A stretch of DNA of 64,000 bases from Nitrosopumilaceae archaeon (GCA_965207375.1 CBDBMG010000003.1:832001-896000), one strand, 5' to 3'; positions 39,837-53,469 are shown, counted from the first letter of the stretch. Notes: a model not told the origin generated them from the sequence alone. Numbers and translations: made by a program.

Positions 39837-40010
39837 CAATGCTTGAAATAAGAATTACAAATTGGTCGGCCATTTATTGAAAGTAGGAACGTATCATTGG
39901 ATTCCCCATTGGAAGTGTACAGTAAATTTGTCCTAGCATATCAGTTTTGATCAACCAAACCTGAAATTGGTCGGAAAATGGCCGATGGCCAACTGTTATT
40001 TCAAGCTCTG
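39837..40010. mobile_element. 174-bp MITE with apparent 6-bp TSD
   Basis: TIRs caatgcttgaaataa / ttatttcaagctctg; TACTAG on both flanks. Confidence 0.7.
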
Positions 40011-40154
40011 TACTAGTCTTCTCTACTAATTCAATCAGGTGCGATCATCTAATTTCAACTCCACTGTTCTACAACAAAGATCAAGTATGTACAACTCAGT
40101 AAGAAATTTATCCTCACCACAAGATGATGAGACCTTTTGTCCTGAGAATTGTAC

Positions 40155-41167
40155 TAGTGTTGTTTTAGTAAGGGCTTATAATTTTAGTTTTAGTAACTTA
40201 GCTCAATAATTTTAGTTTTAGTTTTAGTTTTAGTAAGATTACTGAATTATTTTTAGTTTTAGTTTTAGTTTTAGTAAGATTTCTGAAATATTTTTAGTTT
40301 TAGTTTTAGTTTTAGTTAGATTTCTGAAGTATTTTTAGTTTTAATTTTAGTTTTAGTTAGATTTCTGAAATAGTTTTAGTTTTAGTTTCAGTTTTAGTTA
40401 GATTTCTGAAGTATTTTTAGTTTTAGTTTTAGTTATATTCTAAATACTTTTAGTTTTAGTTTTAGTTTTAGTAATATTTCTGAATTAATTTTAGTTTTAG
40501 TTTTAGTTAACTAAAATAAAAATGTCTTACTAAAACTATTTTTAGTTTTAGTATTGAGTAAAAACAGGCTTAAAACAGGCTTAAACAGCGTTATGTTGCA
40601 TCATATATGCCATTTGAAGACGTAATTACCCTTAGTTTTAGTTACGCTTTTAGTTTTAGTTTTAGTTTTAGTAAAAATTTACATTCTATTTTAGTTTTAG
40701 TTTTAGTTTTAGTACTGACTAACATTTAATTTTAGTTTTAGTTTTAGTTTTAGTACTGATTTGCAATTAATTTTAGTTTTAGTTTTAGTTTTAGTACTGA
40801 CACGCAATTAATTTTAGTTTTAGTTTTAGTTTTAGTACTGACTTACAATTAATTTTAGTTTTAGTTTTAGTTTTAGTACTGACTCACAATTAATTTTAGT
40901 TTTAGTATTAGTTTTAGTACTGACTCACAATTAATTTTAGTTTTAGTGCTGACTCACAATTAATTTTAGTTTTAGTTTTAGTACCGAGTCACAATTAATT
41001 TTAGTTTTAGTTTTAGTACTGACTTGCAATTAATTTTAGTTTTAGTTTTAGTTTTAGTACTGACTTGCAATTAATTTTAGTTTTAGTTTTAGTTTTAGTT
41101 AACTAAAATATAATTGCTTTACTAAAATTATTTTTAGTTTTAGTTTTGATTAACTAAAACAACACTA
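40155..41167. mobile_element. Non-autonomous hAT-type element filled with (TTTTAG)n arrays
   Basis: TIR tagtgttgttttagt / actaaaacaacacta; perfect 8-bp TSD AATTGTAC. Confidence 0.93.
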
Positions 41168-43535
41168 AATTGTACCAAGCATTACAGATGATTTTTATCA
41201 AATGTGGCATATTAGCAATAAAGTAAATGAAATCTCCGGATGAACGACACACATTAGGCACTCTGTATGTGACACCTGATTTCATATAGTAATACTGCTC
41301 CATCTGATGCCATCTAAAGAATTTTCTGTTAGGAGCAGCACCATCTGCAACCACACAAACTAGCTACTTGAACAACAGGTAATTGAAGCATTCTAATAGC
41401 TCTCCACACCAAATACACTAAGTAATTATAATTAGAGGTGACACCTAAGAATGCCACATACAAGACCAATATAAAATATATACGTATTACAAACCTGTGG
41501 TTGCAAAATGAAACAATGGAAAGTTCAATTTAAAAATTTCCTCTAATTATGGTCATTATATACGTATGTTACCATATGAGTTGCCACAGTGTGGCTTCTC
41601 AGAGACTGCCCACGAGTGCATTTCTCTTGGAATGCAGAGAACCATTCATCCAGGCTTTGCTGGCCACAATCAACAAATCCAGTAATTGTTCCAGTATGTT
41701 TGTCAAATACAAGATGCTCACGAATTTTCATCATAAAACAACAAACCTATAATAGAAGTTTTAGTTGTAGTGTTTATCATACGTACGTTTCCTATTCTGC
41801 ACTCTTAGATGATTGATTATAGTTGCATCAAAGCCTGGTCTCATGCTTATGCCAGTGCGTGTAATCTCTCAATGTCCTGTTTGAAGGTAAGCATATATAA
41901 CCTGACACGCAAAATATCGTAAGTCTTCCAGGATGTCAACATTATGTTAAGGCATAATCTTATAAACAAGGGGTGCCACCTGACACCATTTCTCTTTGCC
42001 TTGTTAGCTTTTACCTTTGTGGAAGATAAAATGAGGTATGCACAGAAACTCAATGCATACCTGTTGTTCTCAAAAAATCTGCTTGAAATAATCTTTCTCC
42101 AATGCCTTGTGGTCCTCAATAACTCTTTGCATATCTGAATTCAAACTATCATCCAGTTGTATACAAGAACTAGATTCCATCAACATTTTTGCTTTCAGTC
42201 TAAGCCTTCTGAGTTGAGCATTTTTGCTTTTAATGGCTCTCTGCAATGATTGTATGTATGCGGATCTTTGAGGTGTTTGCAAATATCTTGTGTTGATGTG
42301 ACTGCTAACAGTTTTTAGCCTACTGTGTCTTGAAACTAGAGAACGGAGAGTGTTACACGATATTCACTGCAAGTTAAACAAACAGACTGCTCCATCAAAA
42401 ATATACTACATTGTACATGTCCAACAGTAGCTGAGTATTCAACTCCATCCACATTGATGCACATGCTTTCATCCAGAGTAGCCACAATATCACCAGAAGG
42501 AGATAAAACCTTTTTCTTTCTCAGTTTAGCCACTTCTATAAACTCTGGTTCAAAGTTTCCATGGCACAAACTTTGCCTTACTTATACACTGCATTAAGCT
42601 CTTCAAGAATGGTTTTAGGATAGGTACTAAAACATTATTTATTGAAACTAAGTGGCTACCAACAAAAACTTGCCAAGACATATCACTTCTAATCAGCAGA
42701 CAACGGGAAAATGTATAGATGACGATGATGACTGGCTGGAAACTTGAGTACAGTGAATTTCTTTAATACCATGCAAAACGCAGATGGTGACATCAGTTTG
42801 TTCACGTGGGGTATGTATGTTTCCAATTCAGGAGGGGTATCTCTTATCTATGGTATAAATTTATTACATCCATTTAAATTTTAAGTTATGTTAATGATGG
42901 GTGCATGGCTGCACATGCATTGCATGGGCCCCCAAAATATTGATAACATACAGTGCTGCCTTATGACTGTTATCCTAAGTGATATTCCATGTATACAAAT
43001 ATAATCTATTAGGAGTTCTGCATTCTGCCAATTCATTGTTAGTTCTTTACTCTTAAGGTTCAAACAACCAGATTTCTAAATGTCCAACTGACAACTGATT
43101 CAGGCACAGCTGGTGATAGTACTTGAGTAAGGTGCGTAGGAAGCACTCCACAACTGAGGTGGCACGATAAGTTATCAGGATACATTATATGGAGTAACGG
43201 TAAAAACTGGGGGGTACGTGCTCCCTGATTCCGACGCCTATGAGTTTTTACAAGATACCAGCCCTGGTTAATTAATCTATTTTCATGTAATTTTTATGTG
43301 TTGATAATTGATGATTACTGCATTGGATATACACGTACTTTGCATATAATTATATACTTATACTAGGGCCCAAACGAATTTGGATTACCAGGGTTCGAAC
43401 ATTCATTAGTTAAAGTTCACAAATCTTTTGAACTTAAAAAATCATTGTGCATAATAGTTACAAATTGATCTGTAAAACAAAATTACAGCATATTTAATAG
43501 TACTTGACTCAAAGCAATATTATGATATTTTTAAA

Positions 43536-44493
43536 TTATGTTATTAAACAGTAATTGTTATGGAGAAAAATTAATGCATTTACATTCTCCCTGCTCAAAC
43601 TGCTGCGAAGTCTAGTGACAGTTAACCCTGCTACTGAAAACAACCTTTCACTGCTTATGGAAGTTGCTGGGATAGCAGAAAGAAGTTTTACAAGCTGACT
43701 GAGATGAGGATAACGTAAAGAGTTGGCTTTCCACCAAGCTAAAGGATCAGAATTCCTAGGAGCACCAGATTCAGAAAAATACAAATCCACTTCATCCTCT
43801 AATGTAACAGATGGATTATTTTCTTCTCTTCCAAACAAAATATCCAGAGCTTTCTTCTTGGTTGGAGGTTGTGAATTTTGTGAGACTTGTGAGTCTGAGT
43901 TTAGCGTATCACAAGCAAATTGTAGCTGTTGTATTTGGTCTCTTAATTCTGCTTTTACTTCTGATATTTTTTCTGCATTAAGAAATTTTAGGGCTTTGTA
44001 CCGAGGATCCAAAGCTGTTGCAAGCACTTTGATATCTGAAGAATCAATGTCATCCAAATGCCACATACTTCTAATCTGACTATCAACAGATATCTTAAAT
44101 CTTCTAATGTTTGTTGAATCATTTTCTTTAACTTCCAGATGCTTGAGAATTCCAAAAAGAACAGGAAGAATTGACGATAGAGATGAGGTTGCCTCAGAGC
44201 ACAGGTATGTTGTTCCTATTTCTAGTGGGTGAAGTATTTTTACTAAATCACCAAGTAGCTCCCACTGTGTGGTTGTCAAATCTAGCCTTCTATGCTCTAC
44301 CCTTGTCACAGATTCATCTGCTAGAACTGCTGAAATTGGCCATCTGTTTTGAAGAAGCGATTCACACATGTAAAAGGTACTGTTCCATCGTGTTTTACAG
44401 TCATTTTTCAATTTTTGTTTAGGTTGATTCATGCTTTCTTGCCTTTTTCGTAGCTCTTCAGTAGCTCGGGTACTATGGTGGAAGTGTTTGACC
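43536..44493 (-). pseudogene. hAT transposase, C-terminal half
   Basis: DCKTRWNSTF, LDPRYK, WWK..IPATSISSERLFS. Confidence 0.93.
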
Positions 44494-44599
44494 GGTTGTT
44501 TCCCCATATAAGAATCACAAAATATGAATTATAAATATATGTAAATAACATTTATTCCAGTGCAGTATTTCTAAATTAAATGCTTGAGGAATGCTCTAC

Positions 44600-46020
44600 T
44601 GGTTCTAGTGGTTCTGATGGTTCTAGTGGTTCTGATAGTTCTACTGGTTCTAGTGGTTCTAGTAGTTCTTATGGTTCTGATGGTTCTAGTGGTTCCAGTA
44701 GTTCTTATGGTTCTGATGGTTCTAATGGTTCTAGTAGTTCTTATGGTTCTGATGGTTCTAGTGGTTCTAGTAGTTCTAATGGTTCTAATGGTTCTAGTGG
44801 TTCTAGTAGTTCTTATGATTCTGATGGTTCTAGTAGTTCTTATGGTTTTAAAGGTTCTAATGGTTCTAGTGGTTCTGATGGTTCTAGTGGTTCTAGTAGT
44901 TCTAATGGTTCTAATGGTTCTAGTGGTTCTAGTAGTTCTAGTAGTTCTTATGGTTCTGATGGTTCTAGTAGTTCTTATGGTTCTGATGGTTCTAGTGGTT
45001 CTAGTAGTTCTAATGGTTCTAATGGTTCTAGTGGTTCTAGTAGTTCTTATGGCCAGTTCTGATGGTTCTAGTGGTTCTGATAGTTCTAATGGTTCTGATG
45101 GTTCTAATGGTTCTAGTAGTTCTTATGGTTCTAATGGTTCTAGTCGTTCTAGTAGTTCTTATAGTTCTAATGGTTCTAGTGGTTCTTATGGTTCTGATGG
45201 TTCTAGTGGTTCTAATAGTTCTAATGGTTCTGATGGTTCTAATGATTCTAGTAGTTCTTATGGTTCTGATGGTTCTAGTGGTTCTGATGGTTCTACTGGT
45301 TCTGATGGTTCTACTGGTTCTAGTGGTTCTAGTAGTTCTTATGGTTCTGATGGTTCTAGTGGTTCTAGTAGTTCTAATGGTTCTGATGGTTCTAGTGGTT
45401 CTAGTGATTCTTATGGTTCTGATAGTTCTACTGGTTCTAGTAGTTCTTATGGTTCTGATGGTTCTAATGGTTCTAGTGGTTCTAGTAGTTTTTATGGTTC
45501 TGATGGTTCTAGTAGTTCTGATGGTTCTAGTGGTTCTACTGGTTCTAGTGGTTCTAGTAGTTTTTATGGTTCTAGTGATTCTAGTGGTTCTAGTGATTCT
45601 AGTGGTTCTAGTGGTTCTTATGGTTCTAGTAGTTCTGATGATTCTAGTGGTTCTTGTGGTTCTAGTGGTTCTAGTAGTTCTTATGGTTCTAGTGGTTCTG
45701 ATGGTTCTAGTGGTTCTAGTAGTTCTTATGGTTCTGATGGTTCTGATGGTTCTAGTGGTTCTAGTGGTTCTAGTGGTTCTAGTGGTTTTAGTAGTTCTTA
45801 TGTTTCTGATAGTTCTGATGGTTCTAGTGGTTCTAGTAGTTCTTATGGTTCTAGTAGTTCTTATGGTTCTAGTGGTTCTAGTAGTTCTAATGGTTCTAGT
45901 GGTTCTAGTGGTTCTGATGGTTCTAGTGGTTCTAGTAGTTCTTATGGTTCTGATGGTTCTGATGGTTCTGATGATTCTAGTGGTTCTAGTGGTTCTAGTA
46001 GTTCTTATGGTTCTGATGAT
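44600..46020 (+). repeat. 9-bp minisatellite array, left arm
   Basis: ggttctagt / ggttctgat / ggttctaat / agttcttat units over ~1.4 kb. Confidence 0.97.
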
Positions 46021-46259
46021 GCACTTCATTACTAAGGCCACACCGGCTATTTCAATGGCAAACGTAACGGAACTCAAAACTTTTTAAACTGGTTATTGTT
46101 TTTGAAGCCTGTGGTGGGCACATACACAAACACACACGCACACATACTGACACACATGAACAAACATGCACGCTTACTGACGTCCGTACAGAAATGATTT
46201 CAAGCAACCAGGGATGCGCCTGCATTAAAAATTCTAATATCATGCAGCTCTAGTGACAT

Positions 46260-48960
46260 TGTCTTTATGGTGCATAAATTACATAATTCCTTGAAAATTC
46301 TCACAATAAATAGCTATATTGTTGCATGTTCAAACATGTGTTTTAATTTTGAAGCAATCTGGGTAGCTGTTTTATATCTAAGCACAACTTCATCCTCTAA
46401 AGGCAAAAATTTGATTGTGAATAACTGATAATTTCATTGTACAGTTGAAAAGTATCTAAATCCTCTGTCTCCTCGATATTCTGTAGTTCACTTAGCACAA
46501 TTGTTTCAAATGTTGACCAAATATTTACAGATAATACTTCTCCTCTTTCCACTGCAAATTTCTTGCTTGATGGAATTTCTATTTGTAATGAGAGAGCATG
46601 CCTCTTTCTCTTGCCTTCGATTGATGTAACTGGCTTTTGACCATATGGATTGTTACAATTTTTGCAGTGACAATATGAACTACATGTAGTGCTACTTAAA
46701 TAACACTTACATCTAGTAGCATAAGATTGGTTTGGAGTACAGGATTTTCCTGAATTATTACCATTAATCCCACATCTGCAAGAGCTGTGCTCTTTGTGTG
46801 ACTTGCTGCTTGCTTTGGAATCCTTCACTGTGTAAATATAAGGTATTATTGCATCATAATGACCTGATCCTGTAGGGTTATATAGTAAGAACATCATATC
46901 AATTGGTTGACCAACTAGAGGAGTTACATATGTGGGATGATATTAACATCCAGAGATAATAATTATGATGGATGCTTTTAGCGCTGTTGCTATAGCTAAG
47001 GGCATCAAATCACCAAATGCATTGTCAAAGAATCCATTTTGCAGAAACTTGTGTGCCTCTGTAGTATAATCATTAAGTAATGGAATGAATTCCTCATATA
47101 ATGGACGATTTTCTCCACTAACTTCCTTCACAAATATCTCTCGCAGTTTGAGAGATAAAGATTCTAGATCAGTAGTGCCTAATTCAATCCATCTGTTAGG
47201 TCTTGATTTAATATTCATAGCCACCGCTTGGAAAAAGTAATTTCCATTTGGAATTGTTGGAGAAACAGTCAATCCATATTTGCTTAGATTGTCATGATGA
47301 TTAACAAAGCTGCTATCATCTTTGTTTAGAATACGAGTTGTGAATTCTTTAAATACATGAATGTAATCATTTAGCCTTGACACATTTGTTTTCTGTAATC
47401 CTTCAACAACTCGATATTTCTGAACACATTTTTGAAATGTGGCCATTATCAAATCTAAGTTTGTGCTATTTTCAAACGTAGTTTGCTCATAATGATCACA
47501 TCCTGTGTCGTTTGTAATGGTTTGATGCTTTGGCATAATTCCTATTGTTCTTGTACTCATTGTTGGAACTTTGCATAAAGAGTTGGCTGTAATTGGTTTG
47601 CTTACAACCTTTCCTCCAAATTTTATTGTGGCATTGTTTGAATGTAGAATTACAGTTAACAAGGCATAAGCAAGAAGTATTCCAATCCTACTTCTATTCC
47701 AATGAGTTGATGAAGTCCTTTATTTCGATTGGTTCCACATCCTGCTGGAATATTAGACAAATACCCCAATGTTATGTGTTTCTTAAGCCTTTCAGTAGCA
47801 ACATCTGTCTCACTATTAAATAATTTTACACCATTGTGATCAGCTACTTTCTACCACTTTTTAATAAAATTATTCAAAGCTTAGTAAGATCTTTTCAGAT
47901 GAGGGGGTTGTAGAAAGTCTTTTCTCTCCAGAATCACCATCACATCTAAATACCAAACGCAAATCTTGTAAGCATTGTAATCTATATGGATGTCTTTTAC
48001 GTAAAGTTTTAGAAATTCTTTGCACTGCATGAAATATATCCAATTTTACAGATATATTTTTTCCAAAAACATTTTCTATTTTGTTGCGAAGTTTGCAACA
48101 GTCATCAACATACACTGTCCTCAAATTTTCATCTGATCTACTTCCAAGATTTTGTAATAGAGCCACAACTTCCTGAAAACTTGTACCTTTTGTTAACTGC
48201 CAAGATACTATCTTTCCTTGATCATTTAGTACCAGAAATAAAGAATTATATACATTAATCCATTTCTTATCTTCTCTAAGATATCCTATGTTAGAAGCTA
48301 CTTTAAAAGTATGATCAAAACTAATACTTGTTCCTCTATAGGAATAGCTTCCATTTCTTGCAAATATAATTGTTCATTCTGCAAAAATCCAGCTAAAAAG
48401 CACTTCGCTAAAATATCATTGCTTGGGGATTTAGAAGTGGGTGATTTCCAAAAGTCACTAGTAGTACTGCCATCTTCTTTAGTACTATCATCATTATTGG
48501 ATAACAAGGTTTTTTGGTTGTTTTTAGTATGTTTTGTTTATTATTGTAACATTCCCACCGTTTTTCTAATATGAAAGATTCCATGTCAAAGAATGTCATT
48601 CCTTTTTTACAAAGGGATGTACACATGTTAAACAGTTGCCTTGTCACTCCTGTTTGAAAAATGAATGGTATCACTTCTTTTGGCAATAGAGATAGTACTA
48701 CTGTGTCATGTGATAGTAGTTTGTGTCTATTGTCACAAACATAAACAGCGCTAATCAGATAAACAATATCCTCGACACTATGAAGTAACCTTGGTTGTCT
48801 AGAAGCACTACCACCATCATTCCAATAGGCTTCATACATAGAACCTCCACATTCAATACACTTAATTAATCTTGGGGGGTAATTTGCGGATATATTAAGT
48901 ATGGGTTCCATATAATGACAGTACACGTATGTCTCTTTTTATTCTTCATTTAAAAGTATA
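46260..48960 (-). pseudogene. MULE-like DDE transposase fused to OTU-like protease and CXC (tesmin-like) domains, frameshifted
   Basis: SFDHTFKVASN, VYVDDCC, LDIFHAVQR, CGTNRNKGLH; TIPNGNYFFQAVA..FGDLMPLAIA..GHYDA (OTU-like); CRCG..C..RCKC..CSSYCHCKNCNNP (CXC). Confidence 0.7.
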
Positions 48961-50767
48961 TCCTAAACAACAAAAACATCCTGGCTGTAAAAAAAGTACA
49001 AGGCCAATCAGAAGCAGCATTGTAAATAGGTATGTAGCTATGTATGTGTGACCAAAACTTTGATATCAGGTAAGATAAAGAATAGAACTGGTTAAAACTA
49101 GTGCGCTATGCATTTACTTAGTATACTATGCATGGTGTTTCCTTTTGTCCTTCTCTTTCCTCTATGCAGTCAGTTACTAAGAAGAGAAACTCATAAATAA
49201 CCCTGCTTACAGTATTAAGTCACAAAAAATAACCGCACAGTTGTCAAAATGCGTGGTTAATGCTTACTAACTAGCATAATCATTTTTGTATGTATGTATT
49301 ATCCTGTTAACTGTAAGAGTTATAATTATGGCATATAGCAGGCTTAGAGAAATAATTTTATGATGTTTCCAACTGTATTTTGCTTAACAACTGGCATGCA
49401 AAAATTATCAGGCACCTATGTATGCATCAAAGTTTCAAAAGTACTGGAAGATGGTGGTATTATTGGAATAGAAGCATTAACACCCGTCCTTGGCTCCACC
49501 TCAGACTCATGTAATAACTAAGAATCATACTCAGACCATGATATAACTTATACTTATTGAATAAACATAGATAACTCATACTACTAATTCAGTCATATTA
49601 TGATGTATTCTTAATGTTAATAAATAGGAAAGTTCGACGTTCTATCAAAAATATTGATACCAAACAGCTGATATTCACTGTGGCCATAATAACAAGGTGA
49701 AGTTTTAACCATCACATTTCCATTTCTTTTCAACAAAATCAAAGTTACAATATAACTACGTAGTCATATCAAAGAATGTTAGTTAGCTACTAGTCATAAA
49801 CATTGCTTCCTTTACATAATTTCCTGGTACTTGGCAGTTTTTTCGTAATTTCCTAGGAGCGACACTTTCAGCAGTTGCTTTCATTTTCTTCTGCTTTTGC
49901 TCTGACCTGTGCAAATTATGTACATGTGATCACAAAATAGCTGTAGTATTCATACATACATGTAAACTGTGTTAGTAGTAGTTTAACGTAGTTTACTATG
50001 CACGGTGCCTGGTTCGTAGATGGTAAAACATCAGCTTGTAATTTTATAGCAGAGAGAGGAGATTTCAATTTAACAAACCAATAGTTAACACAGTCAATGG
50101 AAGGTAGCTAACAACAAGTACAAAATCGTATGTTTTGGAAAGTCACAGACCAAAGAGTCATCACTGGGATCACATAACAATCCCTTTATAATCCAGTGTA
50201 TTAGCAATGCTAAAGTTTTACCTTCTAAAACCAGGCACCATATGTCTGTTACTATACGTACTGCTTTGATAAAAAATACAATTGCATCACAGGTAAGTCA
50301 CATGAACAATGACTCATCACAAAGGAATGCAGCACTGCATCCACATTTAAATTCAAATTTTTAAGTCTTATACTGAACAGCTAATACAATGTTATCTTAA
50401 TCTTCTTTGGTAGTAGCTAACGACATGCTTTGTTTGTTACTAAGGCTACACCCATCATCAGTGCCATAATTATAATGAAACTGAAAAGAAGTAGAATTTA
50501 CTAAACTTCATTAGTCTTTAATACACAGACACAGACGCATATCAACATCTGCACAGAAACAATTTCAGGAAACCAGGCATGCACAGGCCACAAGCTGGAG
50601 TTGGTTTGTTAAATTGGAATCTCCTTTCTCTGCTATAACAAGTTTATATTTCACCATCTAAAAACCAAGCGCTGTGTAAGTTAAACCACTGTTAATCAAC
50701 TGCTATTCAATGTATTTTAATAGTCACGTGAGTAAAGACTCATCATTAAGGAACGCATAGCAATGCA

Positions 50768-51445
50768 TACCTTCGATTGATTGTTTTAACTGTTGGTTAG
50801 TTAAAGTGGAATTTCCTGTGTCTGGTATAATCAAAGTGGTTAAAATTTGTATCATTTCACATGTTAACGTACATTCGATTGATTGTGTTAACTGTTGGTT
50901 AGCTAAAGTGTAATTTCCTGTCTCTGCTATAATAAAAATGGTTAAAATTTGTATCATTTCACATGTTAACGTACCTTCCATTGATTATTTTAACTGTTAG
51001 TTAGTTAAAGTGGAATTTCCTGTGTCTGGTAAAATAAAAGTGGTTAAAATTTGTATTATTTTACATGTTAACGTACCTTCGATTAATTGTGTTAACTGTT
51101 GGTTAGCTAAAGTGTAATTTCCTGTCTCTGCTATAATAAAAATGGTTAAAATTTGTATCATTTCACATGTTAACGTACCTTCCATTGATTATTTTAACTG
51201 TTGGTTAGTTAAAGTGGAATTTCCTATGTCTGGTATAATCAAAGTGGTCAAAATTTGTATCATTTCACATGTTAACGTACCTTCCATTGATGGTGTTAAC
51301 TGCTGGTTAGTTAAAGTGGAATTTCCTGTCTCTGCTATAATAAAAGTGGTTAAAATTTGTATCATTTCACATGTTAATGTACCTTCCATTGATGGTGTTA
51401 ATTGTTGGTTAGTTAAAGTGGAATTTCCTCTTTCTGTACAATAAA
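50768..51445 (-). repeat. 102-bp tandem repeat (~6.6 units), each an apparent 54-bp exon + 48-bp intron
   Basis: Motif recurs at 50787, 50889, 50991 etc.; minus strand unit gaag|gtacgt...ttttattatag|cagagac. Confidence 0.9.
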
Positions 51446-53469
51446 AATGCTTAAATTTTATACATTACTTTTTACACCTGTTTACTTTCAGTTGATTGTG
51501 ATAATGGCTGCTGATTAAGATCTTGTTGAAATTCTGAAAATGTAATAAGGTTACAACATTTTAGCATTTCCTCATCAAAATAGTTGCTTACTTGAAAGTA
51601 AGTTTTCTTTGATTTTGTCATCGAATATGTCCATATAAAGAATAATTGCTTTTGCTTTGCCATTTTTAAAATTAATTGCACAATTGCACTCTCCAACTTC
51701 ATGACTAGCCTTTCTTGCTTTTCTAACCTCTGCTGCTAGTTCTTCCTTTTTCATTGGTAAAATAAAAGGAACTCCCTCAAATCGAACAGCTATTGCTGGT
51801 CTTTTCTGTCCCTTTCGGTTAGGTAATATTCTGATAAACTGATTAAACTAAATTAGAGAGTTTTGTAATGTAATACAAAAGGTATTCTGTTGTCAAAGTT
51901 ATTTAGCATTTTTCAGTACAGTAATCACAGCTTATAAGTATTACTTTTATAGCAATGCCACAAGTCTGTATGAATAATACAGGTGTCACAGTCAAGTGGC
52001 AAATATAGCAAGGGGCGAAGCTACCTGTAAGTGCTATATTTGTCATGAGACACTCACTGAGTGCTGTATTTTTCATATGAAAGAAGTGCAGTGCTTTAAG
52101 TCTTAAAATTCACATTTCTTTATATATAGCATTAACAAAGAAATTGCATTTATACTATTTGAAGACTAATTGTGTCAATAAGCCAAAATTCCATAAATAC
52201 TCTACCATATTATGTCTACCCAACCACAGTTCTATAACTACCCAACCACATGCACACTCCCATATCATACCTTATACAATACCTACCCAGCCCATAACCC
52301 TACCCACTAGCTTGAAACAACTATTGGGTTGCGCCACCACTGTGGGCTGGCTAATCAATAATAACTTTACTAGAATGTACATATCAATCCCAAACCATTA
52401 ATATTGTTTTAGCATACATGATTATGTAGCTATCATACATATATGAGAAGCCTTGGCAAATTGAAGTTAACTTGTACAAGCACACTAGTGATTTTATGAA
52501 AAATAACCACTGCATTTGATCCTCCCATGCATAATACTACGTATACATATATTTTGGTCAACTCATTTTTTTAGTGATATTGTGATAGCGTACTGTAAGT
52601 CACTCAAAGTCATGCATGTTTTGCATAAACTTATTACGTACCATTAATGATTATGCGTGTATACTTCAGGACTCACGTGATAAAATAACATTTGTGTTAC
52701 CAAGTGACAGAATCACCTCAGTGTTATTAGTAGATTAAGATATCAAACTAAGGAAGCTTTAAAAAGGCACAATTCACCGAAAGCCACATAGTAGCACATT
52801 AAGTTGTGCACCTGTACATTTCCATTAGCCAGACACTCTTGTGCAGGTGCTTATCAATTAGAGATGATACGTAAGTTCCGCAGCACATGGCACAACAATT
52901 AAAATTTCTAATCAGTTATCGCCTATGCATACGAGACATGTTTTCAAAACCTAAAGTTACACAGCAATTTAAGCCTGTTAATAAAGATCCAATACATTTT
53001 AGGCACCTCGTACTAGATGATAGATCCGATCGATCTCATAGGTGGCCCTGCCAGGCTAATAAGGACATGTTAGTATATCCCATGTAATTCTGCACAAAAA
53101 GTATACACAATATATTGAGCTGTGTAAAGGCGGTGCACGACTTTCGGTGACTTACGCTATGCAAGCCTAAAAATAACTAAAAGTAGTTACTTACAAATAT
53201 TGTTTCAATCAATGGGATTTAAGTTACGTACAGTTATACCCCAGTACAAGTATAATATCATAGTTATTATCCAAAGCTGAGGACACAACAGATATTTAGC
53301 AAGCATTAGTTAATATTATACGTATCTCTTTGAATTTAAGAGAATTATTTTTCAATCAAAAATCAGCCAAATAAGGATTTGTTTAGTGGGATATATAAAG
53401 TTATATGCCATGCAGTACACTGGTATCGACCATGCTAGCTTGTGCTTTTGATACTTAATGTTTTGATTA

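Larger units (their letters stand above)
38944..42850 (-). pseudogene. Multi-exon P-element/THAP9-like transposase, decayed
   Basis: NGVRWHPLFIR; MKIREHLVFDKHTG..GFVD; VADGAAPNRKFF; MPHLIK; LTERFNQDTSEIFF..QR..GQRNDNPS. Confidence 0.85.

Noticed and set aside
40155-41167. Interstitial telomere or CRISPR-like array
   Set aside because: Unit is TTTTAG, spacers are near-identical rather than unique, and the block has TIRs and a TSD.
44580-46087. Long Ser/Gly-rich, Val/Leu/Met-rich and Thr/Arg/Ile-rich ORFs
   Set aside because: By-products of a stop-poor 9-bp array open in several frames; the array is the subterminal arm of a transposon and is mirrored at the other end.
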